A stretch of DNA of 64,000 bases from Trypanosoma brucei. Lineage: Eukaryota. The stretch is from the NCBI GenBank assembly GCA_000002445.1, contig CM000208.1, positions 1,504,001-1,568,000 of the forward strand, given 5' to 3'. How positions within the stretch are numbered: position 1 is the first letter of the stretch; every line of letters starts with the position of its first letter. The translations under genes and the position numbers were made by a program. Shown piece after piece: positions 23,285-32,307 of this stretch. The notes beneath the pieces were generated by a model. It made no database searches. It worked only from the letters and a program-made list of their open reading frames with translations, and was not told the origin of the DNA.

Positions 23285-23640
23285 ATTATTGTTTCTTTAT
23301 TACGGATCCCACAGACTCCACAAATATATAAGTACAGTCAAATCGGAGAAGAGTAGTGAGATGGCACCGCTTTATGGCGAAAGTATAGGTAGGCGTCGCG
23401 TGTTCACATTGCGAGGACGGACGGTACATCGGCACCCCTCCTTTACTATCAGTTACCTTATTTCACAGGGCAGGCACGGCTGAGGTGACCGGGTTGGCCA
23501 CAGTTGTAGCATGCGCGTCCACCACCAGCAGCAGCACCGCCAGCAGCAGCGTCAGCAGGGGCATTCGGGCACTCACGGGCAATATGACCCTCCTGTTGAC
23601 AGTGGTAGCACGCACGGCCACCACCCATATTTCCGCCACG
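23285..23640. repeat. Segmental duplication, copy 1: UMSBP2 3' flank plus C-terminal coding (perfect identity about 23285..23500, then diverged)
   Basis: attattgtttctttattacggatcccacagactccacaaatatataagtacagtcaaatcgg…ggtgaccgggttggccacagttg is identical to 25149..25364, including the last 14 codons (…CYNCGQPGHLSRACPVK*). Confidence 0.9.
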
Positions 23641-24099
23641 CATGTTGGGGCACTCGCGGCTGAAATGACCGGGCTGACCGCAATTGTAACAGGCGCGTCC
23701 ACCACCCATCGGAGCGCCACCCATCGGGCCACCACGCATGTTGGGACACTCGCGGCTGAAATGACCGGGCTGACCGCAATTGTAACAGGCGCGTCCACCA
23801 CCCATCGGAGCGCCACCCATCGGACCACCACGCATGTTGGGACACTCGCGGCTGAAATGACCGGGTTGACCGCAATTGTAACAGGCGCGTCCACCACCCA
23901 TGGGTGCAGGTCCGCGGTTGCTGGGGCAATCACGACTTAAGTGGTCGGGTTGGCCACAGGTGTAGCAGGCACGGTCGCCCATTGCCCCTGGGGGAACGTT
24001 CGGACATTCCCTCGCAAAGTGGCCGGGCTGACCGCACCGGTGGCAGTTATTTCCGCCCTCAGCGCGGTGCCTTTTAGCAGTGGAAGCTTCGTCCGCCAT
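23458..24099 (-). CDS. UMSBP2: Universal minicircle sequence binding protein 2; CCHC zinc-knuckle protein with 7 CX2CX4HX4C fingers (214 aa from MADEASTAKRH)
   Basis: Seven CCHC knuckles (CHRCGQPGHFARECP, CYTCGQPDHLSRDCP, 3x CYNCGQPGHFSRECP, CYHCQQEGHIARECP, CYNCGQPGHLSRACP). The ORF-track start at 24234 adds 45 aa of UTR-like sequence. The internal ATG at 24099 gives the canonical N-terminus. Sits directly downstream of CHC, as expected for the UMSBP pair. Confidence 0.8.
   Translation of the reverse strand: MADEASTAKRHRAEGGNNCHRCGQPGHFARECPNVPPGAMGDRACYTCGQPDHLSRDCPSNRGPAPMGGGRACYNCGQPGHFSRECPNMRGGPMGGAPMGGGRACYNCGQPGHFSRECPNMRGGPMGGAPMGGGRACYNCGQPGHFSRECPNMRGGNMGGGRACYHCQQEGHIARECPNAPADAAAGGAAAGGGRACYNCGQPGHLSRACPVK
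23617..23904. repeat. Three near-perfect 96-bp tandem repeats inside the UMSBP2 CDS, each encoding one zinc knuckle plus a Gly/Met/Pro linker (RACYNCGQPGHFSRECPNMRGGPMGGAPMGGG)
   Basis: The direct nucleotide repeat catgttgggacactcgcggctgaaatgaccgggctgaccgcaattgtaacaggcgcgtccaccacccatcggagcgccacccatcgg(g/a)ccaccacg occurs 3x. It produces the alternative-frame ORFs 23463..23933(-), 23485..23940(+) and 23573..23929(-). Confidence 0.85.
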
Positions 24100-25148
24100 T
24101 GTTCTTGCAAAGTTGGCTGAAAGTGTTTTAAAAACTTGAGGAAAGCTAGTTCTCCAGAAGAATGTGGAGGTGAAAGGGGACAGAAACGGAATAATGTAGA
24201 ATGGTGCAGAAGCCACGCACGCACAAATTAGCAACGGTACAACGAAAGGATGATAAAGTGGATGCTCTCCTCGCCGCTTAAAGAATTGTCACGTTTTCTT
24301 CATGCACACAATTGAGGGGGTTCCTTGGGGAAAGGACAGAGGCACACTCCCCGACTACACTCTTACGCGGATGTCTTCCCATCGGTTGAAAATTACCCAC
24401 TCGAAGGACATCCCCTGACTTCCACTGGGTCGACGCACATCACATGGACCACGTGGTGGCTGTCGTCGGCATCGTCTGCATGCCCTTAGAGCCAGGCAAA
24501 TTAACGCGGCGTGAACTACAAACCCATACGATCCCCAAGTCAGCCATGAATGGTACCTTATGAATTTGCCCTCTTTCCTCTTCACTAACACAAAAAGAAA
24601 GGGGGAAAAGGGAAAAGGAACACTGTACTGCATCGGTAATACATGGAAGGATGAAAGTGCCCGCTAACGAGGAAATGCAACACTCGACACATCCGAAGTT
24701 ATTTCAGCATGGTCCTCAGTAATTACAAAGAGGTTGCCGTGATAAGAGAAATGGGAAACCCCCATTTCAAGAAACACAGGCCCCCATGTGTGAAAAAAAA
24801 AAATTCTTTTTTTCGTTCATGTTTGTAAATTTCCTTTCCTCTCTCCGTCTTCTTACCTTTCTTTTTATTTATACCGAGGATACCTCACCCTCGCTTTCTA
24901 CCACTACGTTCTTCGGCCCTCCAAGAAATTCTTACCTCCTGTCCCTCTTTCCTTTCATTAGTTATTTTTTCTTATACTTTCTCTTTCCTTCCCTTATTTA
25001 TTTCTTAAAACTCTTTGCCAACGCTAACAAAGTGATGTTACGATCTACCTTCCTCTCATTCCATTCTCGAGTACTCCTCTTGCGCCCATCCAAAACAAAA
25101 AAAATAAGTAAAAAAAGGAGAAAAAAGAGAGTCTCTTCACACTCCCAG

Positions 25149-25490
25149 ATTATTGTTTCTTTATTACGGATCCCACAGACTCCACAAATATATAAGTACA
25201 GTCAAATCGGAGAAGAGTAGTGAGATGGCACCGCTTTATGGCGAAAGTATAGGTAGGCGTCGCGTGTTCACATTGCGAGGACGGACGGTACATCGGCACC
25301 CCTCCTTTACTATCAGTTACCTTATTTCACAGGGCAGGCACGGCTGAGGTGACCGGGTTGGCCACAGTTGAAGCACGCGCGGCCGCCAGCAGCAGCGTCA
25401 GCAGGGGCATTCGGGCACTCACGGGCAATATGACCCTCCTGTTGACAGTGGTAGCACGCACGGCCACCACCCATATTTCCACCAGAGCGC
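25149..25490. repeat. Segmental duplication, copy 2: UMSBP1 3' flank plus C-terminal coding
   Basis: Same as above. Offset 1864 bp, which fits a tandem gene duplication unit. Confidence 0.9.
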
Positions 25491-25744
25491 GCATTGGGGC
25501 AGTCGCGGCTGATGTGACCGGGGCGACCGCAGTTGTAGCATGAGCGTCCACCGCCCATATTTCCGCCGGTGCGTGCATTGGGGCAGTCACGGCTGATGTG
25601 GTCAGGTTGACCGCAGTTGTAGCATGAGCGGCCACCGCCCATGTTTCCGCCAGAGCGCGCATTGGGGCACTCACGGCTCATGTGGCCAGGCTGACCGCAA
25701 TTATAGCATGTGCGGGCGTTTGACATCTGCATGTTATCAGCCAT
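25322..25744 (-). CDS. UMSBP1: Universal minicircle sequence binding protein 1; CCHC zinc-knuckle protein with 5 fingers (140 aa)
   Basis: MADNMQMSNARTCYNCGQPGHMSRECPN… Five CX2CX4HX4C knuckles. Tandem paralogue of the upstream gene. The last ~14 codons and ~200 bp of 3' flank are identical between the two copies. Confidence 0.8.
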   Translation of the reverse strand: MADNMQMSNARTCYNCGQPGHMSRECPNARSGGNMGGGRSCYNCGQPDHISRDCPNARTGGNMGGGRSCYNCGRPGHISRDCPNARSGGNMGGGRACYHCQQEGHIARECPNAPADAAAGGRACFNCGQPGHLSRACPVK

Positions 25745-26222
25745 GATACTGTCTCGAAATCGGCGTATTGGGGTTTAGGAAACTTAAGAAAAGCTAGGTT
25801 CTTAGAGGGATATTACGCCAAAAGTGAGTGGAAACGGTGTAAGATGTAGTATGGCAGCGCGACCACAGTAAAAACGATAAGCAAGAGTGCGCCGGTGGCG
25901 GTGGGTCGCCCTCGGGGGCGAATGAAATTTTCTTCAACACATAGTCAGATGAGGCCTTAAAAATGGGAGTCAGGGACATTCTGCGAAAGCATTCGGTGAT
26001 AAGATGCACCTCTCATCAACGCAGGAACAGTCGTGTGGAGAAGTGCCTTCCGACTTGCAGCTCCTTTCATTTCTTCACGGCACCGCTTATTCACCCCACC
26101 CCCTTCCACACACAAAACATCCCATTAGGGTACTATTTTCCTCCCTATACTCCTCCCGGTTGCCTCGAAAACTCCCCCTTTCTACACCGACGACCCACAG
26201 ACATCTCCTCACGAGTCGTGTC

Positions 26223-27164
26223 CTATGCACTCTGAGAAGAATAACGGTCATACAGTTTGGTTTGGTCATCCCGCGATATCTGAGTCCATCCTTTCGGGTG
26301 AACATGATAAACAGTCACAATGCCACCAGAGGCACCGTCACGATACGTCGCGTGGAAGATTGAGCGGCGCGCCAGGTCACATGCCTCCTCAACAGTGAGG
26401 TTCTTCCGGTAGCCCTGGTCAAGCACACCATAGGCATAAATGGAACCGGATCCCACACTAAAAATTTCATGCTTTACACGCGTGCCCTTGTCGTCCACGT
26501 AATAAAGGGACGGCCCAAACTGATCCCAACCAGCCACCATTGTTCCCATAGATAGCCCGTGGTTGCGGTATTGGTAGGTTATATTTGCCAGAATCTTGCT
26601 TGCGGCTGCTACAGAGATACGGCAGTTGTTACGTAGCTCCCACAGGCGGCACTCCATGCCGAGAACGCGCTCCCAGTACTGGCAATCTGCTGCACCACCA
26701 GCCATCGTACCAAGAAGATATTCGTTTATCTCCAGTACCTTCATAACCGTTTGAGAAGAAATATACTGGCCGGATGAGGCACGGGAGTCAACGGCAATAA
26801 TTATCCCACCGTCAAAGTGAAACCCCAGTGTTGTGGTGCCTTTTTTCATGTCAAGTTTAGGAACACTGCGCGGCACTGGACACGGTAACATGAGTTTCCA
26901 TATGCGTCTGTCAGAGTTGATGCAGTTGCTTGTGCAAAGCGGATCCCTCGTAAGTTCTTCTCCACTGTAGGGCATCACGCTGAAATCGTCCGTGCGATCA
27001 GCACTCACTCCAAGGGGATTATTCAAACCTAGAGCAGATCCATCTTCAGCTGCATCGTTTACACCGGGAATGTTATGCCAAGTGAAAGGACCGATGCGAG
27101 GGCAATCCTTCAGGGAGAACTCCGAGCGGAGAACACTTTCAAAATCTGCCAACATCACCCCCAA
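26223..27164 (-). CDS. PSB5: 20S proteasome beta-5 subunit (catalytic, chymotrypsin-like) with a long N-terminal propeptide (313 aa precursor)
   Basis: Mature region [71 protein letters not shown]…[14 protein letters not shown] is near-collinear with human PSMB5 ([31 protein letters not shown]…). The Thr1 motif is preceded by a ~107-aa propeptide. Confidence 0.9.
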   Translation of the reverse strand: MGVMLADFESVLRSEFSLKDCPRIGPFTWHNIPGVNDAAEDGSALGLNNPLGVSADRTDDFSVMPYSGEELTRDPLCTSNCINSDRRIWKLMLPCPVPRSVPKLDMKKGTTTLGFHFDGGIIIAVDSRASSGQYISSQTVMKVLEINEYLLGTMAGGAADCQYWERVLGMECRLWELRNNCRISVAAASKILANITYQYRNHGLSMGTMVAGWDQFGPSLYYVDDKGTRVKHEIFSVGSGSIYAYGVLDQGYRKNLTVEEACDLARRSIFHATYRDGASGGIVTVYHVHPKGWTQISRDDQTKLYDRYSSQSA

Positions 27165-27674
27165 CCGTTTCTTTCGTGGTGTAGCGAATCAATATGTACA
27201 CCTGAGGATAGGCACGTATGTCTGTATACACGTGGGTTTCCTTCAACGTCGCACAACCCTCACGCTTACCTGCTCGTTTGTTTGCTTGTTTAACTGCTTA
27301 TTCTTCTTCACGGTTTGAAAAAGGGAGAGTGAAGGGCATTCTTAAGGTCGTACACCGAGGCAAAGAGGAAAAAATATCCAATGTGTGAACGAACATGTGA
27401 AAGGGCAAGTCAAACCCCGCATTAAACCCACACTGGAACCGACAAAATTAAGTCCAACAAACCTCCTCCACTCGCTCTCTCAACGCACAGCTACGATACA
27501 GAAGTGAATGTGCGCATTCACACCACCCCGCTACACTGAGGCACATGACAGTGAGACAGGGAAATGGCTAAGGAGAGAGCCATGCGCATAATGTCAAAAA
27601 ATAGAGCAGACAGTGAATACACGCATACAAACAATCCTTTTTAAAACTTACAACAGAAGGTGACTAAAATGAAA

Positions 27675-29741
27675 TTAAACAGCGGCCGTGATGTCTTCGA
27701 TAATTCCCTCCTCGGCAGGAACCTCGCAGTTGCCGTCTACATGGTCGCCAGCAAAATCATCCGGCAACGGCGTGTCTCCTGTCTGGGGTCGAATAGAAAC
27801 ACGATCAAGCCACTCATCAGCAGCTGTTTTCAGCTCCTGCGAGTCAAAGCTCAGGGCATCCTTCACCTCCTCATACGTGAAGCCATCCAATTCCTCCAGT
27901 TCGCGTGGAGTGAGCTCACGGTATCTGGCGAGGCGACGGAGACGGGACACGCGCTGACGTCGGAAAAACGGCCAGTCACGCTCCACGAACTCCTTCCAAA
28001 CGGCGCCAGTGTGCCGGGTATAATATGGGGGAACTGTCACCTCACGCAGCGACCCTACAGGAAGTCCTGAGAGTGAGAATGGCCCAAATGAAATGCGGCC
28101 ACCTCGCTCTACCGTGCGACCCAGGTGCTGCATGAGGTGTGCCACAGGCATTACCTCGCCGCGCACCTTTACCTTCAGTGAGAAACGTGACTTCATCGCC
28201 GGATTCACAAAAAATTCCATGTTCTTGTACTGTTTGCCATTGATTGTAATGCCCTGAAAGTTTAGCTTGTGTGCCAGGACAGGGTCCACCGCTGGTCGTA
28301 CACGCAGTAGGTAAGTCTGCTGGATCATGCATTTCGGGTTTTCGAGGAAACGGGAAAGCTCCCCGTCGTTTGTAAGAAGCAGCAGCCCGTGGGCTCGCAT
28401 AGGAAGAGACCCAACGGGGACAAGGTGATCCATACCAAGTATCCGGGCATGCTTCGTAAATAATGCTCGACCAGCCACGTCATTCCTAGATACAATAACG
28501 TGTGCCGGCTTATGGTACATCCACAGCCTTGGTGGCGCAAACCGAAGGCGCCCACTGTGAGACGCCACATGAATATTATTCTCGGCTCGAACAAGACGGA
28601 ATGGATTCCTTTCCACCACATTATCGACACGTACCTGACCACTGGCAATTACCGCAAGCGCTTCGCGGCGGCTACAAAACCCCGCACGTGGTAAGCACCG
28701 AAGAAGATGAACGGAACCACCCGATGAAACCAACTTGCCCTCCCCTTGACTCGTAAGCCTCCGTGAAAAATCACTTACCGGATCATGGATTGAGCCGCCG
28801 GGTACTAAATCGGCTGAACTGTGAATAATTTTTCCTACGGCTGGGGACAGCACCTCTCCATCCTTCCACGGATCTGTTGAGGGCATCGCTATTTCTTCAC
28901 CGCTTGGTGAACCGTCATGAGATCCGTCAGGGAAAAGGTCTGCCAAAGTGTCAGCTTGGCCACCAAATGAACTTAGATCCTTAGCATCCAATACGTCGCA
29001 CCGAGGAACGTTTTTTTTCAGCCTTCTTTGCACCTCCGAATCTGAAAGCAGTTTTAGCCTAGAGGGAAGATACGTGTCGTTTCGATCTTCACGAAGTTTC
29101 TCTGCCTTAAGTTCCATCAACCTCTCCTTCAACATATCCGTAAGCTGCACAGGGGTATCACCGTACGCATTACCTTCCCCCTGTTCCGGCTCAATTGTGG
29201 GGTCGGCTGGGGAGACGTTACTTTCTTCTGCAACGGCAAAGCCGTGATCTTTGGGGTTCGCGCCGGACAACTGAAGCACATCGGGCGATAAAGCGTTTAG
29301 CCGTGTGCGGCTGTCAGAGGGTGAACCTCTCCACTGCAGACATTCTGATTGTCTTTTCACATCGCTACGTATGTCGAAACTCCCTTCATCGAAGAATGAT
29401 GGTGCAGCGCCTTTTTCCTCCCTTGGAGGGGCGTACCCGTCAACATTCCTGGTGCGTGTGATATCCTTCCACGTTTGCTTTCTCCGCTCATCTGCCGAGT
29501 AACGGGTGGTTGGGGCCTTCTTAATGTGTGACATGGCAACCGGGAAGTGTCGCTCCACATCCTGAAGTTTCTCCGCATCTGCTACGTCCACACTTCGCTG
29601 CAGGGCCGCTGCCGACGAAGATACACCTTTCTTCTTAGGAAACCAATGTTTCACCTTTCGCTCCTTACTACCAGTGCTGTTGACCGGTCGGCGCTGAACG
29701 CACGGCAGTACGACGAGCAGTGGCAGACTGACACGGCGCAT
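27675..29741 (-). CDS. RsuA/RluB-family pseudouridine synthase-like protein with S4 domain (688 aa); catalytic Asp missing; probable mitochondrial targeting N-terminus
   Basis: S4-like segment SRREALAVIASGQVRVDNVVERNPFRLV. PUS core WMYHKPAHVIVSRND…HLVPVGSLPMRAHGLLLLTNDGELSRFLENPKCMIQQTYLLRV matches RluB [28 protein letters not shown], but RLD is SLP here. N-terminus MRRVSLPLLVVLPCVQRRPV is Arg/Leu-rich. Long acidic/Ser-rich insertion between the N-terminus and the S4 domain. Confidence 0.7.
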   Translation of the reverse strand: MRRVSLPLLVVLPCVQRRPVNSTGSKERKVKHWFPKKKGVSSSAAALQRSVDVADAEKLQDVERHFPVAMSHIKKAPTTRYSADERRKQTWKDITRTRNVDGYAPPREEKGAAPSFFDEGSFDIRSDVKRQSECLQWRGSPSDSRTRLNALSPDVLQLSGANPKDHGFAVAEESNVSPADPTIEPEQGEGNAYGDTPVQLTDMLKERLMELKAEKLREDRNDTYLPSRLKLLSDSEVQRRLKKNVPRCDVLDAKDLSSFGGQADTLADLFPDGSHDGSPSGEEIAMPSTDPWKDGEVLSPAVGKIIHSSADLVPGGSIHDPVSDFSRRLTSQGEGKLVSSGGSVHLLRCLPRAGFCSRREALAVIASGQVRVDNVVERNPFRLVRAENNIHVASHSGRLRFAPPRLWMYHKPAHVIVSRNDVAGRALFTKHARILGMDHLVPVGSLPMRAHGLLLLTNDGELSRFLENPKCMIQQTYLLRVRPAVDPVLAHKLNFQGITINGKQYKNMEFFVNPAMKSRFSLKVKVRGEVMPVAHLMQHLGRTVERGGRISFGPFSLSGLPVGSLREVTVPPYYTRHTGAVWKEFVERDWPFFRRQRVSRLRRLARYRELTPRELEELDGFTYEEVKDALSFDSQELKTAADEWLDRVSIRPQTGDTPLPDDFAGDHVDGNCEVPAEEGIIEDITAAV

Positions 29742-30260
29742 TCACTACAACACCTATCAACCTCGCCTATAGGGCAGAAACCGCAATGCGAAGGAAGAAA
29801 GCGGTCATGCACCGATAAGGGGAAGCGCCACAAAGTCATTCTTACGAGGTGTTTTATTCATACTGCGCAGTACCACGGGAATAAAGCACACTACTGACGA
29901 TGACGTTTTGTCCCCCCCCCCTCCCCCCTCGGACACAACGCTCGGCACTGCGGAGCCACATCATTCGACGACGTGACAATGCAGAGCACGGCAGTATACA
30001 AACGAAGGGGTAAAGGAGCACAATAATCCAAGTGGGAGGGGCAAAAAGATGAAACGAAGAACCACTAACAATTATTGTTAATCATAAATAACACAAAGAT
30101 AAGCGCCGCCAGAAAATGAGTCGCAGCAGGCAACAAACAATGAAATGACCAACCGATATGCAGCTACCTTTCCCCCTGGATGCTGCATTACCCACGTAAG
30201 TTCCGTCTCTCAAACTAACCCCCTTCCTATCTTTCGCACATTCAGAGTTCGCCTGGGGAA

Positions 30261-31568
30261 CTAGTACATAATGGTGCGGCATAAGTGGTGTTTAACAGCG
30301 GAATCGACGTAATGTCTACCAATCCACCAGAGCATACAGTCAAGTGCGGGCGCATCCCAGACTCTCGACGTACTCTCCGGCCTCCATTCCCTACCAGTGG
30401 TGCAAGCACAGGAACTACGAAGGTAGTCCAACAGTAAGTCTGATGCTACAAGTGCAGCAACGCGGATGCAACACTCCTCCACACCCCCAGCCGCTAATAA
30501 AACACCAGTGTCCACTAATGACGCCAAGTATGAGTCATACTCCACTAAACCGAGAGAACGAAGGGCTTTCGGCAATTGGTAGTCGCAACACACAGTAAGA
30601 TGGTGCTTGTCCTTAAAGACACCATGAGCCCCACTAAAAGGAAAGGGAGCCTCGGTAACATTTGGCGTGTTAGCAGCCACAGTATCCATCGCCGACACCG
30701 CCTCCTCAATGGCCATAACGGTGAGCTGAGCTAATTTAAGCATTGGTATTACAATCTCGTCGCCCTGGTCTGAGTCCTTGCCACCGCCAACTTCACCCCT
30801 TAGCACACAGACATCGTAGTAGCGGGGGTGCAGCTCAACCAACATTTCGACAAACCCCAAGTGCGGGAATATGGGGTGGTACAAATAACCCTCGCTGAGG
30901 CACAGCATTTTGAAAAAGGAGGTGTCCTTTTCCACTAGACTGCGGGAAAGCGACAAGAGCAACTCAACGCGTTCCCTGGCAGCGGGCATCCACATGGATG
31001 TGTGTCCATCCTCCCTGTAGCCAAGGAAGCAGCGTTCCAGCGCCTCCATAGCGTCTTCAGTGGTTGCGAACTGTTGCAGGAATTGTGGACAATGCCAATT
31101 CAAATGGTAAACCTCCACTGCCCTGCACAGTAGATGAACCATCGCCATAGAACCACGAATCAGCCGTTTTCCCCCGTAACTTACCGAGCCGCTTGTTTCT
31201 GCGCTGCCTTCGGGTAACTCGGCGTAGAAGCCGCAGATATTCTCTACGCGAGATCCCGTAGGGGTGGCGTCGGGGGGATCCTCCCCCCAGTGCCTGAAGT
31301 CTATTGCAACCAACATGCCCAGATAGTTCACCGTCTCCTCCACACTGTTGCGGAGGCTCGGCGGCACGGCGGTGAACCACGGCGATGAACCTGTGCTTCC
31401 ATTCTCATGCGACTTGGCGAAAAAATCTGAAAGGTAGCTTTGCAACAGCTTCTGGAACTGTGGTCGGGAAGCGCACTCCTCAACGTCCACCAGGCGTGCA
31501 TAACGTAGTTTCTTGGAAGGGAAACCACTAGCTATAAAGTTTCGGACGGACGTCCTTACCGGCTGCAT
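30261..31568 (-). CDS. DUF2419 / QNG1-like queuosine salvage protein homologue (about 435 aa from MQPVRTSV; ORF track extends to 31787)
   Basis: EETVNYLGMLVAIDFRHWGED resembles human QNG1 (C9orf64) ETVNWIFLVDTLNFSFWSD. LTVCCDYQLPKALRSLGLVEYDSYL resembles [25 protein letters not shown]. Spacing from the N-terminus (~76 aa) matches the human protein. The upstream 73 codons of the track ORF look like UTR read-through, so the start is uncertain. Confidence 0.5.
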   Translation of the reverse strand: MQPVRTSVRNFIASGFPSKKLRYARLVDVEECASRPQFQKLLQSYLSDFFAKSHENGSTGSSPWFTAVPPSLRNSVEETVNYLGMLVAIDFRHWGEDPPDATPTGSRVENICGFYAELPEGSAETSGSVSYGGKRLIRGSMAMVHLLCRAVEVYHLNWHCPQFLQQFATTEDAMEALERCFLGYREDGHTSMWMPAARERVELLLSLSRSLVEKDTSFFKMLCLSEGYLYHPIFPHLGFVEMLVELHPRYYDVCVLRGEVGGGKDSDQGDEIVIPMLKLAQLTVMAIEEAVSAMDTVAANTPNVTEAPFPFSGAHGVFKDKHHLTVCCDYQLPKALRSLGLVEYDSYLASLVDTGVLLAAGGVEECCIRVAALVASDLLLDYLRSSCACTTGREWRPESTSRVWDAPALDCMLWWIGRHYVDSAVKHHLCRTIMY

Positions 31569-32307
31569 TTGCCACCTTAGCGCCCACGCAGATGTAGCAG
31601 CAGCTACAGCCTCCAGAGCAGAACAGTATGGCGGAGAAAAGTTAATGCGAAAAAAGGCGGTAGACTGCGACAGGGGCAAAAAGAGCTTTGTATATCGGAA
31701 GAGGAGGATACAGACAAATACAACAGGGAAATAGAAAAAGGCGGCACAACATGCCCTTTTGTACATGTAATGAAACGCGCGAGTCACCCGAGTTTAAGTA
31801 CATCTCCATAACTATTGTGAAGGGTCTCGAGTCAGCCACTAGAAAGAATCAGAAAGCGATTGTTGTTGAAGACATCCACACGAGGGCTTGAGTGTAGAGG
31901 GTAGGAACACCGGCGGTACGATAATGTGATAGATCCCGTCAAACCCACCGTGCACACATGCACAATAGTGCAGTGAGCGGTCTGCGGCGATAAAGATCAC
32001 CATCCTGAACATCCGCTGTCCACCAGTAACATGACCCCTCGCGCTAAAATCTGAAAATATACAAAACAGTACATGTAGAAGCACCCACCACATACTCCGG
32101 ATTTATACAAACAGCCCGAAAAAGAACCATTAAGAAGGCACAAAGCACCAGGAGGTGAAAAGGCACAAACACCGTTCTTCGCGGGTGGAACCTGATAAAA
32201 TAACCCGAGCATAGAAACAACACCGACTACACAAGCGTGGAAGTGAAACACACTCGAGAAAAGCAAAAGCGACATGTCGAAAAGACGACCGGCCACTGTA
32301 CCACATG

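Noticed and set aside
23463-23940. Alternative-frame ORFs inside UMSBP2 (23463..23933 -, 23485..23940 +, 23573..23929 -)
   Set aside because: The GC-rich 96-bp tandem repeats keep all frames open. The CCHC-knuckle frame is the only one with a recognisable protein family.
24100-24234. N-terminal extensions given by the ORF track for UMSBP2 (to 24234), Atp23-like (to 35824), PIG-C (to 40823) and QNG1-like (to 31787)
   Set aside because: The extra codons are pyrimidine-tract-like or hydrophobic low-complexity. The internal Met gives N-termini matching homologues. Treated as UTR read-through, and noted as uncertain for the QNG1-like gene.
23220-25347. Identical plus-strand ORFs 23220..23483 and 25153..25347 (MFLYYGSHRLHKYISTVKSEKSSEMAPLYGESIGRRRVFTLRGRTVHRHPSFTISYLISQGRHG)
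   Set aside because: Their identity comes from the duplicated UMSBP 3' flank. They are antisense to the gene strand and overlap the UMSBP stop codons, so they reflect the duplication and I do not treat them as a conserved gene.
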